Assembly: GCA_965214605.1 (NCBI GenBank)
Contig: OZ243961.1
Coordinates: forward strand, 1,728,001 to 1,792,000
Reading direction: 5' to 3'
DNA length: 64,000 bases
DNA from: an uncultured Candidatus Binatia bacterium
GTDB taxonomy: Bacteria > Desulfobacterota > Binatia > Bin18
The translations under genes and the position numbers were made by a program. Below are positions 42,508 through 51,654 of the stretch, piece after piece; position 1 is the stretch's first letter, and each line of letters starts with the position of its first letter. Under the pieces are notes generated by a model. It saw nothing but the letters and a program-made list of their open reading frames with translations. It did not search any database and had not been told where the DNA came from.

Positions 42508-43665
42508 TCAGATCCCGTACACTTGAGCAACATTCTGCCCAATGATTTTTTGACGGGTGGACTTCGCCATGGGCTCCACGAGTTCTTTGAGTTCGTCCAT
42601 ATAATTGCCTGGATGATCAAAATGCGGGAAATCCGAGGCCCAGAAAAATTTGTCCCCTCCCACAAAGTCAACCACGTTGCCAAACGCTTTCTCATCGGGA
42701 TCACCCGAGATCCAGCACTGGCGGTAAAAATAATAGCTGGGCCTCTCTTTGAGCCGCACCGATTCGCCTAAAGGACTCTCGTACACCGCATCCATCCGGT
42801 TGAGCAAATAGCCTGCCCAGCCGGCACCGGACTCTAAGACGACGATTTTGACGCGTGGAAAACGCTCAAACAGACCGTACTGAAACATCGCGGTAAACGC
42901 CTGGAGCGGTCCTTGAGCGCCGTGCACATTGTGGTGCCACAGCGCCCACTTCTGCATGTCCCGGAAGCGCTGATGGACCCGTTTAGACGGTGGTTCGCCG
43001 CTGGGATGAATACCAACCGGAATGTCCAATTCCTGTACCTTGGCCCAAAACGGATCGTAGTCCGGATGGGCATGGGATTTATTGGTCGGGGTAAAGGGGA
43101 CAAAAAATACCCCTTTGGCTCCGTTTCTGACCGCCCGGTCGACCTCCCGGGCTGCTTCTTGGGGATCGCCCATCGAGATATGGGCAATCGGGATCAAGCG
43201 GCCGTTTGAGTCTTTGCAAAAGTCTCCGACCCAGCGGTTATAGGCGCGGGCATAGGCCGCTTGCAGCTCAAGGTCGTCAAGATTTTCAGCCTCCCACAAC
43301 AGCCCTAGGCTGGGATAGATAATTGCCTTCTCTAAACCTTCCTGATCCATACGTTCGAGTCGCTCGGTCGGAGACATCGAGCCAAACGGGGCCTGGCCAA
43401 CGTAGGTCTTATCCGGATGCGGCTCAAGATCTTCGCCCCTTTTCCCCATTGCCCCAGAACTCGCCAGTCCGCCCGGACGAACATATTTAGCCGGGGCTCC
43501 CCCAACTTCGACGACCTCCAGGCCGTCTTGATTCGGCCTGATACGAAGAGCCCGGTCGCGGAACTGGGGATCAATATATTTTTCCCACGTATCCGGCGGC
43601 TCCAGAATATGGCCATCTGCATCGATCGCACCAGGATAGGGAAATTTCTCGTTTTGAATAGACAT
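42508..43665 (-). CDS. Amidohydrolase_2 family protein (paralog A)
   Basis: IDADGHILE, YNRW, IHP, LESGAGW and WASDFPHFD motifs. Confidence 0.9.
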   Translation of the reverse strand: MSIQNEKFPYPGAIDADGHILEPPDTWEKYIDPQFRDRALRIRPNQDGLEVVEVGGAPAKYVRPGGLASSGAMGKRGEDLEPHPDKTYVGQAPFGSMSPTERLERMDQEGLEKAIIYPSLGLLWEAENLDDLELQAAYARAYNRWVGDFCKDSNGRLIPIAHISMGDPQEAAREVDRAVRNGAKGVFFVPFTPTNKSHAHPDYDPFWAKVQELDIPVGIHPSGEPPSKRVHQRFRDMQKWALWHHNVHGAQGPLQAFTAMFQYGLFERFPRVKIVVLESGAGWAGYLLNRMDAVYESPLGESVRLKERPSYYFYRQCWISGDPDEKAFGNVVDFVGGDKFFWASDFPHFDHPGNYMDELKELVEPMAKSTRQKIIGQNVAQVYGI

Positions 43666-43798
43666 GACGGCCGCCTCCTTCCTTCAGGTCTTTCTAACCT
43701 ACCTACCTGCGTTCGACAACACTCGGCCTCTTGCACGCCGCCCGCTTTGTCTCCATTGTTGGACGGGTAGCAATGTTTCAAGCTGGCAGATCAGCGCA

Positions 43799-46402
43799 GT
43801 GACAAAACCACAGCTCCAAGCCACGGACCACAGCCCCAAAACGGACATGATGGCCCAATACCGCCAGGTCAAAGCTCAACACCAAGAGGCGTTGGTCTTT
43901 TTTCGGTCTGGGGATTTTTATGAGATGTTCTACGAGGATGCGGCCATTGCCGCCCGCGAACTCGACATTACTCTCACCTCGCGGCCCCAGAGCAAAACTA
44001 CCGAACGGGTGCCCATGTGCGGGGTCCCCCATTATCGGCTCGACACCTATCTCGGCCGCCTGGTCGAAAAAGGCTTTAAAGTTGCCATCTGTGAACAGCT
44101 GGAAGGACCGCAGAGGGGGCGAGGCCTGATTCGGCGCGAGGTCGTCCGCGTCGTCACGCCGGGCACGCTGTTTGAGACCAGCGGTACGGAGCGTAGCCTC
44201 GCGGCTCTTTTTTCCGACCCCGCAGACCGGGTCGGCGCAGCCTTTCTGGTCCTGGCCACGGGCGAGTTTGTGCTAGCCGAGACAAACCGGACCGAGTTGC
44301 CCAGCCTGCTGGCAAAATTTCCAGCCCAGGAAATACTGCTGCGGGCAGCCGAACTCGGCAACTCCAGCTGGCCGCCTCAGGCGTATATCACCGAGCGGCC
44401 AGAAACGGATTTTCGCCTGTCCACAGCCCGCAAAGTCCTGACCCGGAGCTTTGGTCGGACACGTATCACACCGCTGGCCGCCTCGCACCCGAACGCCCTG
44501 ACTGCGGCAGGCGCTCTGCTGGCCTATGTGACCGAAACCCAACAAGACTTTCTTCCCCACCTCAAAGCCCCCCAGGTCTACCACAGCGAGGCTTTCGTCT
44601 TTCTTGATCCTCAGACCCAGCGTAACCTTGAACTGATCGAAAACCTGCTGGAAGGCGGGCCGCAGGGGTCGTTGTTATCGGTTCTTGATGTCTCGAAAAC
44701 CCGTATGGGTCATCGCCGTCTTCGCCACTGTCTGCTGCACCCGCTCCGCTCGGTCGACGCCATCCGCCAGCGTCAGGAAGCGGTCGCCGCGCTAGTTGCT
44801 CAGCGGCGGACATGCACGGACATACAGGCCGACCTGGTAAAAATTCTTGATCTCGAACGCCTGACCTCGCGCACCACCTCTGCGGTCGCTACACCGCGCG
44901 ACCTCGCCACCTTAGCGACCTCACTGGCTCCGCTGGCCAATACTCGCGCCTTATTGTCCGGACTGCCCACCGAGATGCTGACTGAGCTGCACCAGACGCT
45001 TGATCCTTTGGAGGATATCCAGTCCGAAATCCGACGTATCTTGGTCGACGACCCCAAATCCGTGGCCAAAGAGGGGGGTCTGATTCGGGACGGGGTGAAC
45101 GCCGATCTCGACGAACTGCGGGCCATCCAGCTCGACGGCAACGGCTGGCTGGCCCGCTATGAGCAGCAAGAACGCAAACGCACGGCTATTCCCACCCTGA
45201 AAGTCGGCTTCAGCCGGGTGTTCGGCTACTATCTGGAAGTGACAAAATCGTATCTCAATCTGGTCCCCAAAACCTATACCCGGAGGCAAACTCTGGTCAA
45301 CGCCGAGCGGTTCATCACTCCCGTCCTCCACCGTTTTGAGGACAAGATGGTGTCAGCCGCCGATCGAAGCAAAGAGCTCGAGTATGAGCTGTTCAGTGCG
45401 CTGCGCCGCCACGTCGCTGCCCAGGCCGACCGCCTTCGCCAGACCGCCCACACGCTCGGCCTGCTTGATGTGGTGTGTGCGTTTGCCGAAGTCGCAAGCA
45501 CAAAGGGCTGGGTCCAACCACAGATTAGCAAAGACTACGCCCTGTCTATTACTCAAGGCCGCCACCCGGTGCTTGAAACCCAGACCGAAACGTTTGTTCC
45601 CAACGATCTGAGCCTCGATAAGAACACCCACCTGTTGGTTCTGACCGGTCCAAATGCAGCCGGCAAAAGCACCTATGTTCGGCAGACGGCGCTGCTAGTC
45701 GTGCTGGCTCAAATCGGTAGCTTCGTGCCGGCCGAGACGGCCACGATCGGTGTTGTTGATCGGATCTTTACCCGGGTCGGAGCAACCGATTTTCTGGCTC
45801 AGGGGTTGTCAACTTTTATGGTCGAGATGACAGAAACAGCCAACATCCTGCGCCAGGCAACGGACAAGAGTTTGGTCGTTCTTGACGAAGTCGGACGCGG
45901 CACCGGCACCTCGGACGGACAGGCCATTGCCCAAGCTGTGGCCGAAAGCCTGGCTCAGGAGATCAGGGCCAAAACGCTGTTCACCACCCACTATCATGAG
46001 CTGGCCCGTTTGGCAGACACTATTCCGGGGATCGCCAACGCCCGCCTCGACGTCCGGGAAGAACGGGACGAAGTGGCGTTTCTGTATACGGTCGTGCCCG
46101 GAGCAGCCCAGAAGAGCTACGGGGTGTACGTGGCCCAGCTGGCCGGCCTGCCGCTACACGTCGTGCAGCGGGCCAAGGATCTGCTGCTGAGCTGGCAGGT
46201 CGGTCGGAAAGAAGGTCCTGCGCTCCACGGTTCGGAGCAGTCTGACTTGGATACGATCAGGACGAATGGTCGCTTGGAAGCCCACGACCTCCGGCCTGTC
46301 TTGGCCCGACTAGCCAATGTGGACCCGCTGCACACCACGCCGATGGAGGCCTTACGGGTGTTGGCAGAGTTGAAGAAGTTGGCGGAGAGAGAAGTTGAGT
46401 AA
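43799..46402 (+). CDS. mutS: DNA mismatch repair protein MutS
   Basis: GDFYEMF, PMCGVP, VAICEQ, GRHPVLE, TGPNAAGKST, STFMVEM, DEVGRGT, THYHEL and SYG..VA.LAGLP motifs; start codon uncertain (43799 GTG or 43847 ATG). Confidence 0.96.
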   Translation: MTKPQLQATDHSPKTDMMAQYRQVKAQHQEALVFFRSGDFYEMFYEDAAIAARELDITLTSRPQSKTTERVPMCGVPHYRLDTYLGRLVEKGFKVAICEQLEGPQRGRGLIRREVVRVVTPGTLFETSGTERSLAALFSDPADRVGAAFLVLATGEFVLAETNRTELPSLLAKFPAQEILLRAAELGNSSWPPQAYITERPETDFRLSTARKVLTRSFGRTRITPLAASHPNALTAAGALLAYVTETQQDFLPHLKAPQVYHSEAFVFLDPQTQRNLELIENLLEGGPQGSLLSVLDVSKTRMGHRRLRHCLLHPLRSVDAIRQRQEAVAALVAQRRTCTDIQADLVKILDLERLTSRTTSAVATPRDLATLATSLAPLANTRALLSGLPTEMLTELHQTLDPLEDIQSEIRRILVDDPKSVAKEGGLIRDGVNADLDELRAIQLDGNGWLARYEQQERKRTAIPTLKVGFSRVFGYYLEVTKSYLNLVPKTYTRRQTLVNAERFITPVLHRFEDKMVSAADRSKELEYELFSALRRHVAAQADRLRQTAHTLGLLDVVCAFAEVASTKGWVQPQISKDYALSITQGRHPVLETQTETFVPNDLSLDKNTHLLVLTGPNAAGKSTYVRQTALLVVLAQIGSFVPAETATIGVVDRIFTRVGATDFLAQGLSTFMVEMTETANILRQATDKSLVVLDEVGRGTGTSDGQAIAQAVAESLAQEIRAKTLFTTHYHELARLADTIPGIANARLDVREERDEVAFLYTVVPGAAQKSYGVYVAQLAGLPLHVVQRAKDLLLSWQVGRKEGPALHGSEQSDLDTIRTNGRLEAHDLRPVLARLANVDPLHTTPMEALRVLAELKKLAEREVE

Positions 46403-46568
46403 TGTTATGAAGGTGACAGAGCGTTTCCGTCCGGAGGCCAGCCACCTCTGTCTCCCTACTTTTGGCGGAAGAGCAGGCAGGGTGAGGGCGGGTTGGCACT
46501 GATCTCTCCTAGCGGCGGGGATTATGGAGCCACACGTCTGCACCGATCTGGGAAGTTGTGGTGAGAGC

Positions 46569-46896
46569 GGGTGAAGTGCCGCACCCAAGCCTCTGCCAGC
46601 AGACAGAGGCCGTCAATAGAGAGGCTTACCTCATAAGATTTACTAAACCCGGCCTCTCTCTCGACAAGCTGAAGCGGTCCTTGCGCTTGTCTGGAGCCTA
46701 AGTCTTCTCCCGAGATCCGGGGACATGCTGAGCCTCCTCGTCTTCTCCTGCGACGCAGCCCACAGGCCGGAGGGAAGCCTCAGCACAAAGATACGTCACC
46801 CCCGGTCCCCCTAGGTCGGCAGGGTGTGGTGACGCCAGGAGCTGCCGACGTTCCGGTCGCATCGCAGCAGAGGTTCCCATGACAAGCATGGGAACC
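46569..46896. repeat. Cluster of GC-rich inverted repeats in a convergent intergenic region
   Basis: Stems at 46589-610, 46618-659, 46663-691, 46726-785, 46794-849 and 46872-896. Confidence 0.55.
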
Positions 46897-46922
46897 AGTA
46901 TGGTAAAGATCAGAAAGGCAGC

Positions 46923-48089
46923 TCAGGACAGGCCGTACACCTGGGCAACGTTATCACCAATGACCTTGCGGCGGGTCTCGGCGCCCATCGGCTCGACCAA
47001 CTCCAACAGCTCGTCCATGTAGTTGTCGGGATGGTCAAAGTGGGGAAAATCTGAGGCCCAGAAAAATTTGTCGTTGCCGACAAAATCCACCACATTGCCA
47101 AACGCCTTCTCATCAGGGTCGCCCGAAATCCAGCACTGGCGATGAAAATAGTAGCTGGGCTTTTCTTTGAGCGGCACGGATTCACCCAGCGGGCTGTCAT
47201 ACACCGCATCCATCCGGTTGAGCAAATAGCCCGCCCAGCCTGCGCCGGACTCCAGCACGATGATCTTCACCTGCGGGAAGCGGTCAAACAAACCGTACTG
47301 AAACAACGCGGTAAAGGCTTGCAGCGGCCCCTGACCACCGTGCACGTTGAAATGCCACACCGCCCACTTTTGCATGTCGTGAAAGCGCTGGTGGACCCGT
47401 TTGGCTGGTGGCTCGCCGCTGGGATGGATGCCGACCGGCACATCAAGCTCTTGGGCTTTGGCCCAGAAGGGATCATAGTCCGGGTTGGCGTGGGATTTGT
47501 TGGTGGGCGTAAACGGTACGACAAAAGCGCCCCGACAGCCGTCTTTGACCGCTCGTTCCAGCTCGCGACTGGCTTCCTGGGGATCGCCAAAGGAAATATG
47601 GGCGATGGGAATCAAACGCCCGGATGAATCGCGACAGAAATCCGCGACCCAGCGGTTGTAGGCTCTGGCATAGGCGGCTTGGAGTTCCAGATCTTCTAAA
47701 TCTTCGGTCTCCCAAATAAGGCCCAGGCTGGGATACACAATCGCTTTGTCCAACCCCTCGGAATCCATGCGTTGCAGGCGTTGTTGAGGATCCATCGAGC
47801 CGAAGGGGGCCATATTGACGTAGGTCCGATCGGGATGCGGTTCAACTTCTTCCGGCTTTCTACCCATCCCGCCAAACGCGGCTAGCTGGCCGGGTTTCAT
47901 ATATTTGGCCGGGCGACCGGCGATTTCAAGGACTTCTAGTCCGTCTGGGCCAACCGTAATCCGCATGGCCTGCTCTTGATATTTGGGGTCAATATACTTC
48001 TCCCAGGCATCGGGCGTCTCAAGGATATGCCCATCGGCGTCAATCGCGCCCGGATAGGGAAACGTTTTATTGTTTGTGATGGACGACAT
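46923..48089 (-). CDS. Amidohydrolase_2 family protein (paralog B, close to A)
   Basis: Shares long identical peptides with 42508-43665, e.g. DLELQAAYARAYNRWV, LESGAGWAGYLLNRMDAVY, QCWISGDPDEKAFGNVVDFVG. Confidence 0.9.
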   Translation of the reverse strand: MSSITNNKTFPYPGAIDADGHILETPDAWEKYIDPKYQEQAMRITVGPDGLEVLEIAGRPAKYMKPGQLAAFGGMGRKPEEVEPHPDRTYVNMAPFGSMDPQQRLQRMDSEGLDKAIVYPSLGLIWETEDLEDLELQAAYARAYNRWVADFCRDSSGRLIPIAHISFGDPQEASRELERAVKDGCRGAFVVPFTPTNKSHANPDYDPFWAKAQELDVPVGIHPSGEPPAKRVHQRFHDMQKWAVWHFNVHGGQGPLQAFTALFQYGLFDRFPQVKIIVLESGAGWAGYLLNRMDAVYDSPLGESVPLKEKPSYYFHRQCWISGDPDEKAFGNVVDFVGNDKFFWASDFPHFDHPDNYMDELLELVEPMGAETRRKVIGDNVAQVYGLS

Positions 48090-48240
48090 AGCTCTCCCTC
48101 CTTAACTGGCGAATCAATTTTTTAAACTACAGAGTATGTTCTAGCGTACTTGGAGCCCTTCGACAAGGGTTCCTTAGCAGCGTGATTGCAACAACACAGA
48201 GACATTGTGGGCGACTTCTGCTAGGCTGTCCCTGCTATTT

Positions 48241-49830
48241 ATGAAGATTTGCATCCTTTCCCCGGACGTTCAGCAACAGATCGCCGCTGGCGAAGTCATT
48301 GAGCGACCAGCCAGTGTCGTCAAAGAACTTATCGAGAACGCGCTAGATGCCGCAGCCAACACGGTTCGGGTCGAGGTCCAAGAGGGTGGGCGGCGGTTGA
48401 TCAAAGTCACAGACGACGGGCCTGGCATAGCCGCCGCAGATGTCAGACTGGCGTGTGAACGTTTTGCGACGAGTAAGATTGCCAGTGCCACAGATATCGC
48501 TCAGATTCGAACCTTCGGCTTTCGGGGGGAAGCCCTGCCCAGCATTGCCTCGGTTTCTCGACTCCGTCTGCTGACCCGCGAAAAAACGGCTCGGCTTGGA
48601 ATCGAACAGCGCATCGAAGGCGGCCGCCTGCTCTCTCACCGCGAAGCCGGAGCGCCAGCCGGGACCAGCGTCGAGGTGTGGGATGTGTTTTACAACACGC
48701 CGGCCCGACGCCGGTTCATGCGCAGCTTACGGACCGAGTACGGTCATATTTTAGACACGTTTACCCGCTTTGCGCTAGCGTTTCCCGACAAAAGTCTGTC
48801 GCTGTCCTTTGACGGACGTGAGGTCTATGCCTTCGAGCCGAATTCGCTCCAAGAGCGGATGGTGGCCTGTTTTGGCCGCGAGGCGACCGCAGGTCTGGAA
48901 GAGCTGGAAAACACGGGGCTGAGCGGCAGAGTCTGGGGAGCGGTGATTCCCAGCCAAGAGGTCTGGCGACGGCGCTATTATCTGTTTGTCAATCGCCGTC
49001 CGATTCGTAACCGTACGCTCTACCGGGCCGTCCGGGATGCCTATGGCGGCGAGGGCGGCCTGGTGTTTCTTTTTCTCGAGCTGCACCCCTCCCAGCTTGA
49101 TGTCAACATCCACCCGGCCAAGACCGAGGTTCGATTCCGGGATGATAACGCCATCTACGCCCTGGTCCGGTCAGCCCTTGAACACCGCGCGCGTCCAGCC
49201 TGGCTGCAAACGGACGCCGTTGCAGAACACTCAGCAGCCTACGGCGAGACGTCAATCAACGGTTTTTCGCTGGTCGGTCAAATTGAAGACACCTTCCTGC
49301 TCACCATATCTGATGCGCATCTCTACCTTTTAGATCAGCACGCGGCTGCGGAGCGGGTTTTGTACGAACGGCTGCAAAACAGACGGGTACAGCCCAAACG
49401 CTTAATTGCGCCCCAGGTGGTGAACCTGTCGATTGACGAGCAGGCCCTTGTGGATGAGAACGCCGAGGCATTTGCGGACTGTTGTTTTTCTCTAGACGCC
49501 TTTGGCCGCCGGGTCTTAGCCGTGCGGGAAGTGCCGGATTTTCTCGAGCCCCAATCCTCAGGACTGATTTTTTCGCGATTGCTGAGCCGCCTGCGCAGTA
49601 AAAAAGAGGATATCAAGCAGGCGCTGTCCTGCTTAGCGGCGCTCAAAGCCGGACAGCCGCTGACACGCGAGGACCAAGAACACCTGCTCACGACCTGGAC
49701 GCAGACCTCAAATCCCCACGCCTGTGCGCATAATCGACCGGTCTATTTTCGGCTTTCGTTGGATGAGGTTCGACGAAAAGTGGGGCGGACGGGACTGAGT
49801 TGCGAGTTTGAGGGGAATGATGAGACCTAG
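48241..49830 (+). CDS. mutL: DNA mismatch repair endonuclease MutL
   Basis: IAAGEVIERPASVVKELIENALDA, GFRGEAL, DVNIHPAKTEVRF, DQHAAAERVLYE and CAHNRP motifs. Confidence 0.95.
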   Translation: MKICILSPDVQQQIAAGEVIERPASVVKELIENALDAAANTVRVEVQEGGRRLIKVTDDGPGIAAADVRLACERFATSKIASATDIAQIRTFGFRGEALPSIASVSRLRLLTREKTARLGIEQRIEGGRLLSHREAGAPAGTSVEVWDVFYNTPARRRFMRSLRTEYGHILDTFTRFALAFPDKSLSLSFDGREVYAFEPNSLQERMVACFGREATAGLEELENTGLSGRVWGAVIPSQEVWRRRYYLFVNRRPIRNRTLYRAVRDAYGGEGGLVFLFLELHPSQLDVNIHPAKTEVRFRDDNAIYALVRSALEHRARPAWLQTDAVAEHSAAYGETSINGFSLVGQIEDTFLLTISDAHLYLLDQHAAAERVLYERLQNRRVQPKRLIAPQVVNLSIDEQALVDENAEAFADCCFSLDAFGRRVLAVREVPDFLEPQSSGLIFSRLLSRLRSKKEDIKQALSCLAALKAGQPLTREDQEHLLTTWTQTSNPHACAHNRPVYFRLSLDEVRRKVGRTGLSCEFEGNDET

Positions 49831-49958
49831 GCACACCATCCTGAGCTTTCATGCCAGGCCTAGTCACAGTCCGCCAGTGTGCGTCTTCCTTGCAGCCCAC
49901 GCACCCGAGATGGTACATTCCGGTCGATCGTCACTCACGTGTCATGAGGAGGAGGTTC

Positions 49959-51149
49959 GTGCAAAAGAAATTCCGCTTTATCGATAGCGACGCCCATATT
50001 CTTGAACCAAACGACATGTTCGAGCGCTATCTCGACCCCAAGTTTCATGATCAGTTGCCCAAAGCCTGGTTGTTTTACGACGGAGACCCTTTAGGGTTTC
50101 GTTTTGAACTGTCCATCCCCAACCCTGATGGCGGCACCTACCGCATGCCCTTTGGCCGTGATCCGATTGATCCCAGCGCCATGGGGCCGGCCTCGTTTGA
50201 TCCTGGGGTGCGGGTCAGTCTGCCGGGCCAAGACGAAGCCTACGCCGACTTTGCCAAACAGAATTTCCCCCCAGAAATGTACCCCCTGGCAATGGAACGG
50301 ACAGGGATCGACTACATGGTCGTCTACCCCTCGCTCGGTCTGCTGTCGGTCGCCGTGCCCAAGATGGCGGCCGATACGGCAGCGGCCTATCGCCGGGCAT
50401 ATAACGACTGGCTGTTCGACTTCTGTTCGGCGGCCGGAGGCAAAGTGTTCGGGGCTGGCTCGGTAGACCTGCGCGATGCCGAGGAGGCGGCTCGCGAGGC
50501 ACGTCGGTGCGTCAAAGACCTCGGCTTTAAAGCCATCCATATCAATCCGGTGCCGGTCGGTGAACATCGGCTGTATGACGCATTCTATGAGCCGCTGTGG
50601 AACACGCTCGAAGATCTTGACGTTCCGCTGGCCGTCCATACTGGCACCGGCACAGCGGCCGACGACATGCTCTATCACTATATTCCGCGTCTGCGCTCGG
50701 CGCAGACGACCGTGGCCTTCACGATCGGCAATATGCTGGCCTGTACCTCACTTATCATGGGCGGCGTACTGGAACGGCACCCCACCATGCGGGTGGTCCA
50801 CCTGGAATCCGGTGCGGGCTGGGTACCATTTTGGCTCGACCGGCTAGGGGCGAGCGTGCAGGGCGGCTTCCGCGGTCTCGAGATTCCCGGACTGACCAAG
50901 CATCCGATCGAATACTTCGAGCGCCAGTGTTATATCTCGGCCGACCCGGACGATCCGGGTATCAAACAGACGATTGATCTGCTAGGCGATGACAATATTG
51001 TGACCGCCACCGACTTTGGCCATCCCGAAGGCCGTCAGTATGCCTGGGCGAGGAAAGAGATCATGGCACTTGAGGGCGTGTCGGACGACAGCAAAAAGAA
51101 AATCATGTGGGACAACGCTCTCAAGCTGTATCCGATTCAGCCCGACTAA
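49959..51149 (+). CDS. Amidohydrolase_2 family protein (C, more distant)
   Basis: IDSDAHILEP, AYNDWL, VHTG, LESGAGW and TDFGHPE motifs; AGGAGG RBS before GTG. Confidence 0.9.
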   Translation: MQKKFRFIDSDAHILEPNDMFERYLDPKFHDQLPKAWLFYDGDPLGFRFELSIPNPDGGTYRMPFGRDPIDPSAMGPASFDPGVRVSLPGQDEAYADFAKQNFPPEMYPLAMERTGIDYMVVYPSLGLLSVAVPKMAADTAAAYRRAYNDWLFDFCSAAGGKVFGAGSVDLRDAEEAAREARRCVKDLGFKAIHINPVPVGEHRLYDAFYEPLWNTLEDLDVPLAVHTGTGTAADDMLYHYIPRLRSAQTTVAFTIGNMLACTSLIMGGVLERHPTMRVVHLESGAGWVPFWLDRLGASVQGGFRGLEIPGLTKHPIEYFERQCYISADPDDPGIKQTIDLLGDDNIVTATDFGHPEGRQYAWARKEIMALEGVSDDSKKKIMWDNALKLYPIQPD

Positions 51150-51162
51150 ATGGAGGGGCAAC

Positions 51163-51552
51163 ATGAAGATCACCCGTTTTTACGCTACGGATGACGGTGG
51201 TTCGCGATTCATGGACATAGACGTTCCGATTGATATCCCGCAGGAGGACGCGGACGGCCATACTCTGATGCTGTCCAACGCCTACGCCTCACCGTCTGTG
51301 CGCTTTGTCGAACTGCCGGCCGGCCTGTCCCAAACCTGGCATAACGCGCCTCAGCGGCAGATCGTCATTGTGCTGTCAGGCACGCTCGAAGTCGGCACGA
51401 CTGATCAGCAGACCCGTCAGTGGAAGGCCGGTGAGGCTTTTCTGGCTGATGACGTGACCGGCAAGGGACATACTACGCGGACTGTTGGCGGGCCGGCCAG
51501 CGTTTTCTTTGCTCCTCTCCCGGACGGTTTTGATTTGGACGGCTGGTCCTAG
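51163..51552 (+). CDS. Cupin-like protein
   Basis: WHNAPQRQ..LSG.LEV...G...LADDVTGKGH; GGAGG RBS. Confidence 0.8.
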   Translation: MKITRFYATDDGGSRFMDIDVPIDIPQEDADGHTLMLSNAYASPSVRFVELPAGLSQTWHNAPQRQIVIVLSGTLEVGTTDQQTRQWKAGEAFLADDVTGKGHTTRTVGGPASVFFAPLPDGFDLDGWS

Positions 51553-51654
51553 CGTGTCGGAATTTCTTCCAAATGGGATCAACTGTACTGAGTCGGCGTC
51601 CCGCGCCGGCTCCTCCTTCAACGCTCTCAAGCGGCAGGCTCAGGTAAAGCGGCC

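Noticed and set aside
46720-46790. HDV-like ribozyme (contains AGCCTCCTCG)
   Set aside because: Could not build P1/P3/P1.1 or find the catalytic C junction; it folds more simply as a nested hairpin.
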